Shown here one piece after another: positions 39,375 to 52,442 of a DNA stretch of 64,000 nt. Origin of the DNA: Octopus vulgaris (taxonomy: Eukaryota); NCBI GenBank assembly GCA_951406725.2, contig OX597831.1, positions 37,882,001 through 37,946,000 on the forward strand, read 5' to 3'. The notes beneath the pieces were generated by a model. It was not told where the DNA came from, did no database searches, and saw nothing but the letters and a program-made list of their open reading frames with translations. Each line of letters starts with the position of its first letter. Position 1 is the stretch's first letter. Both the position numbers and the translations under genes were made by a program.

Positions 39375-40308
39375 ATCAATAATAATAAAGGGTACAATTA
39401 CTTAATTGATAGATAATTATTAATTTTTAATTATTAACTAGCAGTATAGCCCAGCGTTGCCCGGATTATAAACCGCTTTTGTCGTGTGCATCAAAAAACC
39501 TTTTGCATTCGTTTGTTCAGTTTGGTGACTTTTGACTTTTTCGTTGTTGTCACTCACATTGCTGCCAGCTTTTTTGCCATTTTTGTACATTTTTATACAT
39601 TTTGGGATACTTACCCCACGTGTTCCGAGAGTTAAAAGGGTCGAGTTGCGACAAAATGTGTTGTACAAAATGTGTTGCATATAAAAACCTTAGATTCTCG
39701 AACCATGTCGAATTTATCGATTTTTTTTCAGAACTGGGGGAACTTTTCAAAATTTTCGCTGCGTTAGTTTTGAATTATGACATTGGGCTACGTGCGTGTC
39801 AAGTTTCATCAGAATCGGTTGAAAGCCGTGGTCAGGGTGAGGGTACAACCTGAAAGACACACAGACAGACAAACTGCCGTTTATATATAGAGAGATAATT
39901 TTACCAAGTATTTTCGGCATGTTAAAAGAACCATTATCGGTAAACTGAAACATCATTTTTAAAAATAATTATGAGTATAATTATAATTAGGGTTCAGCAA
40001 AAAATTTGCTTCACAACATACCGAAAATTTAGAAATAGCAGCCAAACACCTAGCTATTTCCTCTACTGTAAGAGAATCTTCCAGATTATACACCAAAAAT
40101 ATTCACAACCCGTCGGACTTCCTAGATTATACCAAACACAGTGTCATCTAAGCAATGCGCGATTTGGATCCCAGATCTGGGAGATTCTCTTATGGTAGAG
40201 AAATAGCTACGGTTTTGGCTGCTATTTCTAATTTGTCGGTATGTGGTGAAGCATATTTTTTGCTGAAACCTAATTATAATTATAGTCATAATTATAAAAA
40301 AATTGTTA
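39375..40308. mobile_element. Related PLE-like fold-back element interrupted by a Helitron
   Basis: Inverted arms 39965-40086 / 40175-40295. Shares GCTGCTATTTCTAAT..GTATGTGG and the terminal AT-rich block with the 560-bp family; 40109-40160 is inverted relative to 37898-37952. Confidence 0.6.
39438..39895 (-). mobile_element. Non-autonomous Helitron
   Basis: Minus strand begins TC(TCTCTATATATAAA), ends with the GC-rich hairpin CCGGGCAACGCTGGG and terminal CTAG, and sits between A and T with no target-site duplication. Confidence 0.8.
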
Positions 40309-41504
40309 TATATATATATATATATACGGAGAGAGAGGGAGAGAGACAGACAGAGACAGACGGAGAGGGGTAGAGAGACAGAGAGGGTAGAGAAAGAAAT
40401 GGGTTGAGAGAAAGGGAGATGTGTGCATGCATTTTTGTGTGCTTCGTGTGTTTAGTTGCAAATATGGGGACCTTTCATTTGAGAAAGAAATAATTGCTTT
40501 AAATTCAAAACCGTTTTAATCAGGGTTTATTTATTATCAGACTTTAAGTGACAAATTTTCGCAGCCTATATTTCTGGAACGATAGTGGAATGAAGGACTT
40601 TTCGTGAGCTGAAATTTCCCAAGGCCAACTGCTTGGAAATCTATTATGAATGAATGAGCACTGCTGCCTTAACTAACCCAACATTCTCCAGTTAAGAAAA
40701 ACTCATAAAAACCTGGCAATATATGTCAACAACACCAACTCATATATATTAAATATGCCAAGGAGGGACATCGACTTCAGAAAAATATAGGAAACATTCT
40801 CATAAAATGAGGAACAAATGCCGCAAATTGCTTGAATGAGAGAAAAATATCAGCGAGCAACATGATAGAAAAAAAAAAAAAACGGTAAATGAACACCTAC
40901 ACACTCAAGAATATCGCGAATAGAAAATGGTTGTAAGATATAATTCTTTCAGGAAAATAAGAAAGAATTAATTGAAACATGGTTATGAAATACAACACAT
41001 AACAATCATGCTTTTTTGTTTTATTTTCTACAGATTTGCAAAAGATACAATCACTATCTGTTGCAAAATAAGTTCATTGTTAGTAAAAATTAGTACAATG
41101 CATTGTCTGAGAGTATTCACTGAAATAGAAAAGAATTTGCAAGAGAATTTTAAATACACGAATGTGACGTAGACAACATGATAGAGAAAGAGGTATTTTA
41201 ACATAGCTTCTTCTCGAAATTAAACTGGATTCTATTGCGTTCATTATGCACGTATCACAGATTGTGAAATAATACACACACACAGGGGCATACATGTGTA
41301 TAAACATAGATACATGTATACAGAAGAAAGACGACAAAATGGTAGATATACAGAAAAATGTACGTGAAAATACTGGAAGGTCTAGATTCTAATATTGGAA
41401 TGTAAGTTATACGAAGAACCGAACTGAACGGCATCGCATAGTATTGAAAATTCCGTTTTTCTTGTCTAGAATAAGGGCCCAGTTCGGTGATACATTGGTT
41501 TAAA

Positions 41505-41812
41505 GGCCGGCGAGCTGGCAGAAAGGTTAGTAAGCAAGGAAAATTGATTAGCGGTATTTCGTCTGTCTTTACGTTCTGAGTTCAAATTACGCCGAGGTTG
41601 ACTTTGCCTTTCATTCTTTCAGGGTCGATAAATTAAGTAGAAATGACGCACTGTGGTCGATATAATCGACTTAATCTGTTTTCTGTCCTTGTTTGTCTCC
41701 TTTATGTTTAGTCCCTTGTGGGCAGTAAAGAAATAAGAAACGTTAGCACGCCGGGCGAATTGCGTAGCAGTATTTCGTCTGCCGTTACGTTCTGAGTTCA
41801 AATTCCGCCGAA
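41505..41812 (+). mobile_element. SINE-like family D, 1.4 tandem units
   Basis: Match to the 9498 unit. Confidence 0.8.
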
Positions 41813-42067
41813 TTTTATATATATATATGCAGCACGGAATTTTGTCAGTGAAGAGGTCGCGGTCTCAAAGTGAGGAAAATATTTTGGCAAATTAAATTTA
41901 AATGTTGAAGGGAATCTAACGTTTTTGTGTGTTTTTAAATAGCTTATAAACACTTTCTACGCTGGAATTGATTTTGTTACAGAAAACGATGTCAGGCCAG
42001 GTCATTTACTATGCAAGTGTATTTCCGTAACATATATATATACACATACATGCATACATGTATGTCC

Positions 42068-42102
42068 CTTTCTGTAGAAGAGCGTAGGCTCGAAACGTAA
42101 AA
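42068..42102 (+). ncRNA. Degenerate minimal hammerhead-like motif in a PLE-type fragment (42060-42195)
   Basis: CTTT-CTGTAGAA-GAGC GTAG GCTC-GAAA-CGTA-AAA; same family as 52407. Confidence 0.45.
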
Positions 42103-42194
42103 TACATTTTCTGTTCCTGAGCGTTATACTAATAGATTTGTTTGTTTTGTACATCACCTGTCTTCGTCTTTTGTTTTTTTCGTAAACTCTCCAT

Positions 42195-42251
<57 letters not shown>

Positions 42252-42299
42252 CAATCAAAATAATGTGTTGATGTCTTCTACTATATCGACCAAAGACTT

Positions 42300-42430
<131 letters not shown>

Positions 42431-42606
42431 TAGATAGATAGATGCTGGCGAGGCTATGTGGTTTGAAACTTGCTTCCCAGCTAGATGGTTCCGGGTTCGT
42501 AGCCTCTTTGTCAAGTGATTTCCGGCCGACGAAATCCTTGTGAGTGGATTTGGTAGGTGTAAAATGAAAGAAACCTATGGTATATATGTGTGAGTGTGTG
42601 TGTGTA

Positions 42607-42653
<47 letters not shown>

Positions 42654-43977
42654 GTCTGTGTCTGTCCTCCATCATCGCCGAACCATCGGTGTTCGTGAGT
42701 TTACGTCCCCGCAGTTGTGGCTGTATGGTAAGAAGCTTGCTTCCCAACCACATCATTCCGGAAAACTAATGTTCCGTTTATTGCTTTCAATAACGATTTC
42801 AATTTACAGTTAACATTTCCGGCGTCGAGAAAAGTATAATCGCAATGTTTGTCTTCTAAACCAGTTTTAATGAATTAATAATTAATCTAAACAGGAAAAT
42901 TTCTTTTCTTAATGCCATCAGTACCATTTATTTTATGTTGCCTGTGGTATTCTTTGCAATAGTCTCTGTCATTTGTTATAGACTCTATCATTTACTGTAT
43001 CAAGCATTTTCATTTCCAAAATTCAGGGTGGAACAAAGGTTTGGTAAAAGCGAAGATTGGCAATTGAATAGAGGTGTTTCCTCGCTCTGTAAACTCTGTT
43101 ATTGTCAGAGGAAAAGGCAACAGGAATATCGCTTGACATCGCTGTTATTACAGGCGATTGTATTCGTTTACGAAATGTTAAAATAACATGCTTTGAAAAA
43201 TGTCGCTTCTTTGAACGTGCTTTGAAAGAGCCATGTTGAAAGTTTGTTTAAAAGCATTTGAAATAATTTTGAATTCTCTCAAGTGTTCCAAGCATCTGGA
43301 TTCTTTTAAATGCTTTCAAACACTTGAAAGCCTTCAAATGCTTGAATGATTTATAACCGTTTATATCGTTGAAATCTTGCAAGCCGATCTATCAACACAT
43401 TATTTTGCATTGATATAATACTTATCGACTCGAAGACAAGCAAATGAAAAATTGACGACTGTGCAAAATGAACGAAGTGCAATGAAATCTGCAACAATTA
43501 TATTAAGGCATTGTAAATGATGTTAACATGCCAGTTCACCTACTTATGCACAAATATCCTGATGCTTGTAAATATAGATTCGTACAAGGCTGTAAATAAG
43601 TGAATGCACGCGGCGAAAATGTAAAAGAATACAGGTTTAGTCTAATTACAAATTAAATCGTTAATTATCCACTTCATTAATTAATCAATAAAATGTACTG
43701 TAATCTCTATAATTTTTTGGGTTAACATTTTATCGAGAATTGGTGGGCTGCCTAAAAACAAATAAAGATCATATTCTTTAGTTCCTGTCGAAAATATACT
43801 ATCAGAATGACTCGTAACAAGCTGTGAGCTGGAATCCTATAATTGATAATCAAAATTCAAAATTGTAAAATCGCCAAAATACCAAATATTATATATGTTC
43901 AATTGTTCTTAAGACCATTTTATGCTATTTAGGAAATCTTAAACGTTTGTGAATGCTATTTGTAATTTTTAATTCTT

Positions 43978-44385
43978 TAACTTGTTTCAGTCATTTGACT
44001 GCGGTCAGGCTGGAGCGCCACCTTTAGTCGAACAAATCGACGCCCACGACTTATTCTTTGTAAGCCTAGTACTTATTCTATCAGTCGTTTGCCGAACCAC
44101 TAAGGTACGGGGACGTAAACACACCAACATCGGTTGTCAAGCGATGGTAGGGAACAAACACAGGCACACAAATACATACACACGCACGCACGCACGAACG
44201 CACACGCCCACATATACATACCACGGGTTTCTTTTCAGTTTCTGTTTACCAAATCCACTCACAAGGCTCTGGTGGGCCCGATGCTACAGTAAAAGTTACT
44301 TGCTCAATGTGCCACGCAGTGGAACTGAACCCGGAACCAAGTGGTTGGGAAGGAAGCTTCTTACCATGCACCCTCTCCTAACCAT
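43978..44385 (-). mobile_element. SINE family A
   Basis: Match to 13757-14205. Confidence 0.8.
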
Positions 44386-44564
44386 ATGTTTAAGAAAAAT
44401 GTTAATAATCATTTCTGCTAAGGGCCTGATGTTATGGAGAAGGGGTTAATCGATTACATCGACCCAGTGCACAATTGGTACTTGTTTCATCGACCCCGAA
44501 AGGATGAAGGGCAAAGTTGACCTCGGTGGACTATGCTGGAAACGGGCCTCATGATGAAGAAGAG

Positions 44565-44638
44565 AAGAAGAAGAAGAAGAAGAAGAAGAAGAAGAAGAAG
44601 AAGAAGAAGAAGAAGAAGAAGAAGAAGAAGAAGAAGAA
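44565..44638. repeat. (GAA)n microsatellite
   Basis: Read directly. Confidence 0.95.
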
Positions 44639-44985
44639 ATTAATCTGGTACAGGGTCAACGTGAAAAGAAACAAATGGGCTGGAAATTAATCGATTAAAT
44701 CGAATGCAATATCTAACTGGCCTTGTGTCAAAATTAGAAGCCAATATATAACTGGTATATTAATTTACCGATTTGCAGATTGACGCACACATGGAAAATT
44801 CAAGGAATTAAAAGATATTTTCATTCACAGTGTGGAAGCAATGAAATGCTACCGATGGGCAAAAAACAATCATCTAGGTTTGAACATACAAATTATATGA
44901 CAACGAGGTAACAGGCAAAAGAATCGACACATTAAGAAATTGAGGTTGAGATTAAGATTTTATGGAAACATGTAATTATATACGC

Positions 44986-45192
44986 ACGAGGGTGTACTGA
45001 AAAGTTCCTGGCAATGGGCAACAGAAAATACAGGAGCATCAGCTAATTATGGTTTTATTCAGAATATTACTCTCTCAGGCAGCGGCCCTTCAGTTTTTCT
45101 AAGCCCTGTAAAAAAACCTCGGAATATTTGGGCTTCCAACCAAGCCTTTTTCTGTAACCCTAAATTCAGGAAAGTTTTATCACCCATTCGTA
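44986..45192 (-). mobile_element. mariner-derived MITE
   Basis: TIRs CACGAGGGTGTACTGAAAAGTTCCTGG / CAGGAAAGTTTTATCACCCATTCGTA. Confidence 0.7.
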
Positions 45193-45959
45193 CGTGTAAT
45201 TATTTGTAAATATAACCACGCACAAGTATAACAAATGTAATTACGCAGGATGATGGAAAATAAAATATTGTTTTCAAGAAGGTGGAAAATTAAGTATATT
45301 TAAAAAAAAAAAGAAGCTTCAACCATGCAGATGTATATAGAATAGGGAGAAATGTAATTCCCATAAAAGGGAAAAAAAACTCAGAAAGACGGAAAAATTA
45401 AGTTTACTATGAAAGATGCTGTCTGTTAGATAGAACAGAAGGAAAATAACGGGAAATTATTTCAAAACAGCAAGGGTAGGAATAACAAGAACAATTACAT
45501 AGAAATTCATATTGGTTTCATATCAAGGCATACGGACTGCAATTTTGGATAAATGGGTAAATCGGTTACTTCGAAAGTGAGTCACTGGTACTTACATCGA
45601 TCCGTAAAGGATTAAATGTGTAGTTGAGTTTGGCAGAATTGGTATTCAGAACGTACACCCGGACTAAATGAGGGTAGACATTTCGTCTGTTATCCGTCCA
45701 GCTCACCGCCTTCATACGTTAGTATTGAAGAAAATACAAATATTCCATAATAATAATTTTGCACTGCTAAATTGGTAAATAAACTTAGGTGTCATTCTTT
45801 GACTAATAATTTTGACAAATAACATCATCATAATGAGACAATAGATAATAGTAATTTTATATGATTTACCATTTTACAATATAATAAATGCCTTTATGTA
45901 TGTGTGTGCGCGTGTGTGTGTGCGTGCGTGTATGAATGCTGCCTAAGTCATGGAAACAA

Positions 45960-46546
45960 TTCGACCTCAACCGCTTGGATTACTGCTCCCAGCTATGATC
46001 ACTCTACAGTTTAAAATTAACAGCGGACCTTGAAGCAATCCAGCGGAACTACACAAAGAACAGCTCCTGGGAAAGGCTGAAACAGCTAAGACTCTACTCC
46101 CCGGAGCGAAGGCAGGAGAGATATGCGGTAATACACATCTGGAAGATGCTGAAAGGAATTGAGCCAACTTTTGGCATTGAAAGCTACACAAATGTCTGAA
46201 AGAGTTGATAGTGCACAGTACCAAAGTTTCCAATGCGCCCGTCGAGTTTCAGGACAAATTGCTGCAACAGTCACGGTTTCAAGGGTCTACCGCTTTTTAA
46301 AAGCCTACCAAAGAGACCGAGTGGATGTAGGTGTTTTTGAAACAAGATTAGATCTCTTCCTGTCGAGAGTTCCCAGTTGAACCTTCGTCATGGCAGACGG
46401 TGCAAATGAGGGCAGCGTCATCAAACTCCCTTATTCACCTAATGGCACATATCAGGGGAAGCTTTCAATAATAAGTGTAGCAGAAAAGCGGTGCCCCAGA
46501 ATGCCCACAGCTTTGAGACGAAACCGAAAAAAGAATAAAAGAATAA
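45960..46546 (+). mobile_element. CR1-like LINE 3' fragment (ORF2 C-terminus and 3' tail)
   Basis: Encodes RLDYCSQL*S..DLEAIQRNYTK..WERLKQLRLYSPERRQERYAVIHIWKMLKG..FKGLPLFKSLPK..VDVGVFETRLDLFLSRVP, typical of the CR1-group C-terminus, and ends in (AAAGAAT)n. Confidence 0.85.
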
Positions 46547-46595
46547 TATGTATGATAGTGTCTTTGTAACAAGAAACGAATGCACAATTTCGGCA

Positions 46596-46875
46596 TATAT
46601 ATACGGATACTTATGAACGCCTTGGTTTCAAGGCTTTATACATTCACTTGTTGAGGAGAAGGAGACATGAATAGCGTTCAGGTATAATGTAGGATTCTAT
46701 TTATAAAAGTTTAAGAATGATTCTAACATACTTGAAACATTAAGTGTGAAAGACTACTGGAAACTTAAATTTTGCTCTTACTGAAGTAATTACAAAATTG
46801 TCAAAATTGTATATATATATGTGTGTATATATGTATGTATAAACAAACACACTAACACGCACAACATAGTAGATG

Positions 46876-46928
<53 letters not shown>

Positions 46929-47004
46929 TGTGTGTGTGTGTCTGTGTATGTATATATTGTACGTTCGTTCGAGGTTACAAATACATAATGACATACACAC
47001 ACAC

Positions 47005-47054
<50 letters not shown>

Positions 47055-48137
47055 GTATGTATTCTTTTCATATATGTTTATGCTTGTATTCATAACCCCA
47101 AACGCACGCACACATGTGCGTATGTTTGCGTGTGTATGTCTGTGCATGTGTGTGTGGGTGTGTGGGGGTGGGGTGTGTGCGTGCGTATTCGCATACATTA
47201 AAAGTAAAAATGAAATCAAGCCGTATTATAATCTCTATTATCTGGCAGGCGACGAGCTGCCAGAAACGCCAGCACGCCGGGCGAAATAATTAGCGGTATT
47301 TCGTATGCCGTTATGTTCTGAGTTCAATTTCCGCAGAGGTCGACTCTGCCTTTCATCCTTACGGAGTCGATTAAATAAGTACCAGTTACGCACTGAGGTC
47401 GATATAATCGACGTCATTCGTTTGTCTGTCCTTGTTTGTCCTCTCTGTGTTTAGCCCCTTGTAAAGAAAAAGGTATTTCGTGTGTCTTTATGTTCAGATT
47501 TCAAATTCAACCAAGGTCGATTTCGCTTTTCATCCTTTCGTGGTCGAGAAATTATGTACTAGTTGCGTGTTGGAGTCGATCTAATTGACTGCCCCCCTCC
47601 CCCAAAATTTCGGGCCTTGTACCTAGAGTACAAATGAATCTCTATTATCTGACCGCATGTATCCGAAATGTTTTCTTATGTAGGTTTATTTCATAGTATT
47701 CTTATCTCTTGTTCTTCCTCCAGCATATCCGTATTCATATATAATCACATACACTTCGACCTGATTTTCATGCATTTTTGTATTCCTACTCTCCATAAAA
47801 TTTTTTCTAGTGTGTATAAAAACATTTACAATACACGATATATTCACGTATATATATGCGTGCAGATATTTCTGAGTATCGAAATGTGTAAATCTGTTAA
47901 AGGCGCAGTCGTATCCCGACAATTTTGTAAATACTTCAATATGAGCAAAATTTAAGTTTCCAGCAGTATTTCATACTAAATATTTCAAGTATCTTAGAAT
48001 CATTCTTAAAATTTTATAAGTAGTATATTGTGCAACGAGTATTACATTATACATGAACGCTATTCATGTCTCCTTCACCTCAACAGGTGAAGCTATAACG
48101 CCTTGAAGCCAAGGCCTTGATAAGTATCTTTATATAT
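46596..48137. repeat. Long diverged inverted repeat (~210-bp arms 46596-46802 / 47918-48137)
   Basis: For example GGAGACATGAATAGCGTTCA pairs with TGAACGCTATTCATGTCTCC, and CTGGAAACTTAAATTTTGCTC with GAGCAAAATTTAAGTTTCCAG. Confidence 0.85.
47245..47635 (+). mobile_element. SINE-like family D dimer
   Basis: Two tandem units with different tails. Confidence 0.8.
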
Positions 48138-48256
48138 TAACGTGTCATAGTAAACATACGTATAATGCGTATGTAAGAATGTTTGGGCAAATACAAAACA
48201 GCGTCGGATATAAAATGACGTACTTGTATATTTGAATGTTTATATAATCATATACA

Positions 48257-48460
48257 TGCGAACTGTTAAAAGTTCCTGACTTCAAGAGATATGGGAGTTC
48301 TCCCAAGTTCTTTTACAGGGTCTTAGAAATACAGAACGACCGCTGCAATAAGTGTATCAGTCTAAGTGGAGACTATGTTGAACGAAATCAAACTTAACTG
48401 ATCCTCCTGTATTTTTCTTTTACCCCAAACCAGGAACTTTTCTGCACAACTTACTCCGTA
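48257..48460 (+). mobile_element. mariner-derived MITE
   Basis: TIR-like ends; the internal remnant encodes ..DRCNKCISLSGDYVE, the mariner transposase C-terminus. Confidence 0.7.
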
Positions 48461-48820
48461 GTATGGCGTGCTGGCAGAATCGTTACTTCGCCGTGCATGA
48501 TCATTCTGGACACTTCTAACACTTTTGCATTCTGAGATCAAATTCCGACAAGTAAAATCGACATAGCGTTTCAGGCTCTCGGGATCGACAAAAAGAGGTA
48601 GCAGTGGGAAACCGAAGTCGATGAAATCGACGAATCCCATCTCCGAAATTGCTGGGCTTGTACGAAAATGCGAAAAATATTCCTGATTTTAACGGTATCG
48701 CAAAAATCTTGTTGGTGGTGCACTAAAATTCTGCCACCTGGCAGCCTTAGTACAGATTTTCGGCTGAAGCTTATGTAATGTAAGTGATCTACATATACAT
48801 ATATAAATATATATACACTT

Positions 48821-48879
<59 letters not shown>

Positions 48880-48881
<2 letters not shown>

Positions 48882-49312
48882 ATATTGACAGGGCTGGCCT
48901 GCTAGGTAGCCGGCCAGAATGCTAGAAGAAGATCATCAACGGCGGTTTGCATCTCGAGGACCGAATGTACTGATGAAGTCACGGACACTTGAATTATGCA
49001 AGTAATTCTTTTGTTAAGACCGAAACCGAGGTATGCATTTAAGTCTGTTATTTATTTAATTTTTCATATGTCCTGCCCGCCAAAGTTGGTTCTGGTGTTC
49101 GCTGAATTCTTCCTCTAGAGAATTTCCCTTGTAGTTTGATCGTTGATGATCTTCTTCTAGCATTCTGGCCGGCTACCTAGCAGGCCAGCCCTGCCAATAT
49201 ACACATATATTTGAATTTTCTCTGACTCCTCAGATTTTTTGAATGCTGGACTACTGGTTTTAAATTGATATTAAAATTAATATTAATTTATCTCCCTCAA
49301 TTTTTAAATATT

Positions 49313-49315
<3 letters not shown>
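48880..49315 (+). mobile_element. Fold-back PLE-like element
   Basis: 62-bp inverted repeat 48880-48941 / 49141-49202 (one mismatch) around an HHR; the 3' end resembles the 560-bp family terminus. Confidence 0.7.
48964..49039 (+). ncRNA. Type-I hammerhead ribozyme motif
   Basis: Stem I AATGTA/TGCATT, core CTGATGA, stem II GTC..GAC, GAAA, CCGAGG and a TA cleavage site. Confidence 0.75.
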
Positions 49316-49352
<37 letters not shown>

Positions 49353-49378
49353 CATATATATGTACATATATGCATAAT

Positions 49379-49419
<41 letters not shown>

Positions 49420-49489
49420 CATATACATACACAGACATATACATATACGTATATATCCATGCGCACAAACATACACACACATATGTATA

Positions 49490-49825
49490 TATACATACAT
49501 ATATGTACGTACCTACATCTACATGTATATATACATGCATATATGTGTACAGAACACCAAAAAAAAACTCGAACACAATGAGAAACGTAAACATTTTCCT
49601 TAAACAACGGAGTAGATGAAACCATGGCGACTGAAGAAGAGGAATTTTCCTTGTGTTATATGTCCTGTACTCCATTTTTTCGTTGTTTAAGCAAAATGTC
49701 CAGTTCCTTGGTTTTGTGTTTATGTCTTCGTTTTACATTGTGTTCGACGTTTTTTTGTGTCCTGTACCCATATATGCTTGTATGTACACATGTATACGTA
49801 GGTACGTACATATATGTATGTATAC
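49490..49825. repeat. Imperfect inverted repeat (49490-49610 / 49680-49825)
   Basis: For example TCGAACACAATG pairs with CATTGTGTTCGA and CTTAAACAACG with CGTTGTTTAAG. Confidence 0.65.
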
Positions 49826-49849
49826 ATGCATATGTTTTATTTATTAATT

Positions 49850-49898
<49 letters not shown>

Positions 49899-50176
49899 TA
49901 CTCGTAAACACATACACGCACACGGACATGCATGAGAGCAGGAAGCTAAATAATTTTACTAGATTTTTAAATCATGAATTGTCAATGTTAGTTACTATGG
50001 TGACTTATAAGGTGATAAGGCGATAGATAGCTACTTAAATAATTTAATGTTTCAGAATATATTAAATGTATATATCATACGCCACATCGATATTAATAGG
50101 CACTGATTGCTTTTTACAAATCTCTGTAAATCCATTGATCAAATCACTAAACGCTGTTTTTCTTTTTATTTATGTA

Positions 50177-50229
<53 letters not shown>

Positions 50230-51404
50230 GATACACATAAATATATATCTATATGTTATTATACAATATGTATATATATGATACACATAAATATATATCT
50301 ATATATTACTATACATTGTATATATATAATGTGTGTGGGGGGAGGGGGTGTGTGTGTGTATGTATACATATATATATATTAATATATACACGCACAGATA
50401 TATATGTATGCTAATATATGTATCTATAATATCTATCCATATTTGTCTCACTCCCTCTCTCTTTTCCTCTCTCTGTATATGTGTGTGTGTGTGCAAACAT
50501 ACTTGCATACTCATGTACACACATATATATATATATATATATATGTATATCTGTATGTGTGTGTGTATGCATGGATCTATGTGTGTATATATTCATATAT
50601 GTATATGTATTCATCTGTTATGTTGCATATCTCTTCGTAATCCTTCCGTTAACGTTTCTATATTTATACACATTCCCTTCGCGAGGATACATTTTATATC
50701 AGAAATTGTTTAAGATCGCACGCACATTTGATTTCCTACATTTAATTTAATAAAATTAATTTACCTAGGATTTTTTTTTTTTTTGTCGCCTATCTTCACT
50801 TGAATTTTACAAGAATGATTAAATCTATATAAACAAATACATGTGTATCCGTGTCTGCGCGTTTCTGTTTCTATATGTACACACATTCACACAAATTTAT
50901 CTACGTACACGTATATGTATATGTGTATGTTTGCCTGTAATAATCGCCATCACACGAAAGCCTATATTCATATATATTTCCCTGCAATTTAATTGCATGC
51001 TTACTTAATTCTAATACTTTTAATCATCCATCGCTTCTCCTATGTAAAATGCAATACTTGTTACAGATTTATTGCATGTCTTTACGAGTCGTTGCTTTTG
51101 CCTAATGGCACCGCCCACCCTCTTACGATCTTACCACTCCAGAAAACATGCTTTATTTATATGTTTCGGTTCTTTAAACTTTTTTTTCATTCGGATCGAC
51201 TATGTTTTGGGCTTACGTCTATTTCTCTAAGTAGAGCTTTCATAATAATTTTTGATAATTTTCTAGTAGTATATTCTCGTGTTTCGTGATATACTGCTCA
51301 TTATCAAATCTATGACTTCAACATCGTGGAGATGATAAATTTGGAGTCAAGTTTAATGAAGGTTTTAAATTAACACGAAAAAAATTTTAAAAAGTGATAA
51401 TAAA

Positions 51405-51651
51405 ATGCGCCCTTTCAAAGCCTAGCCAAGCACATAGGCCCAGTTTCCCGGTTTCAATCGCGTATGTGTTCCGCAGATGTGGACGGGACGAAAGTCCATT
51501 GCAGCGTTATTCATTTTTGCCAGCTGAGTGGACTGGAGCAACGTGAAATTAAGTGTTTTGCTCAAGAAGACAACGTGTCACCCGGTCCAGGAATCGAAAC
51601 CACAATCTTACGATCTTGATGCTGACACCCTAAACACTATGTCACGCACCT
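51405..51651 (-). mobile_element. SINE family C-type copy
   Basis: Reverse complement of the tRNA head, CORE-like domain and tail. Confidence 0.75.
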
Positions 51652-52406
51652 CAACAAGACGAATAACATACTTTTTATTAAATGGCCTCATTTCACTTTC
51701 TTACTCGTTACCTCGTTCGAAGAAACACCACGACACATAAACTATATGTATCTATATATATCAATATATTTATGCGTATATATATGTGCATGTATATATA
51801 TGCATACACGTACACACTTACACACACTTACACATACACACATATATACATACATACATGCACTTATGCATGATGAGTCTCTATTCGTTATCGTGGACGA
51901 CCTTCACTGACTGTTACCCATGCAAAATGCCAGCAATGCTCCAACATGGGGTTAATGCACCACCAGTCTTTTTCACCTGGGTTCGCAAACCCATAGCCTT
52001 CATTCTCACGTGGTCTGCTGTTGCACGACCGGGCCTCAGATAATACTTATATGCATATATACATGCATAGACTGACAGGTGTATATATTAATTATTGATC
52101 TAATTTTAGTATACATGCGCATAAACACAGTTGAATATCTATATACATCCACTTCGAAGAGACACTTAGTTACAGGTCATAATCATACTTCCCACATAAT
52201 AGCGGTACCAGTTCGTGTTGGTACTTATTCAATTTCACTAAGTACTCCTTAATTCTGGCATCGCTGCGTATTTTTTCCTGTGATATTTCATTATTAAAAT
52301 ACGCTTAACTTCACGCTTACCCTTGTATATAATTGCGTCGCCGTTATTGATCACTAAATCCACAAATTATTTTTTTATTCTCCCTCTGTTTTTTTTTCTC
52401 ACATTC

Positions 52407-52442
52407 CTTTCTGCTGAAGAGCGTAGGCTCGAAACGTAAAAG
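52407..52442 (+). ncRNA. Minimal hammerhead-like motif in a PLE-type fragment (52400-52530)
   Basis: CTTT-CTGCTGAA-GAGC GTAG GCTC-GAAA-CG-TA-AAAG; the core deviates from CTGANGA. Confidence 0.5.
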
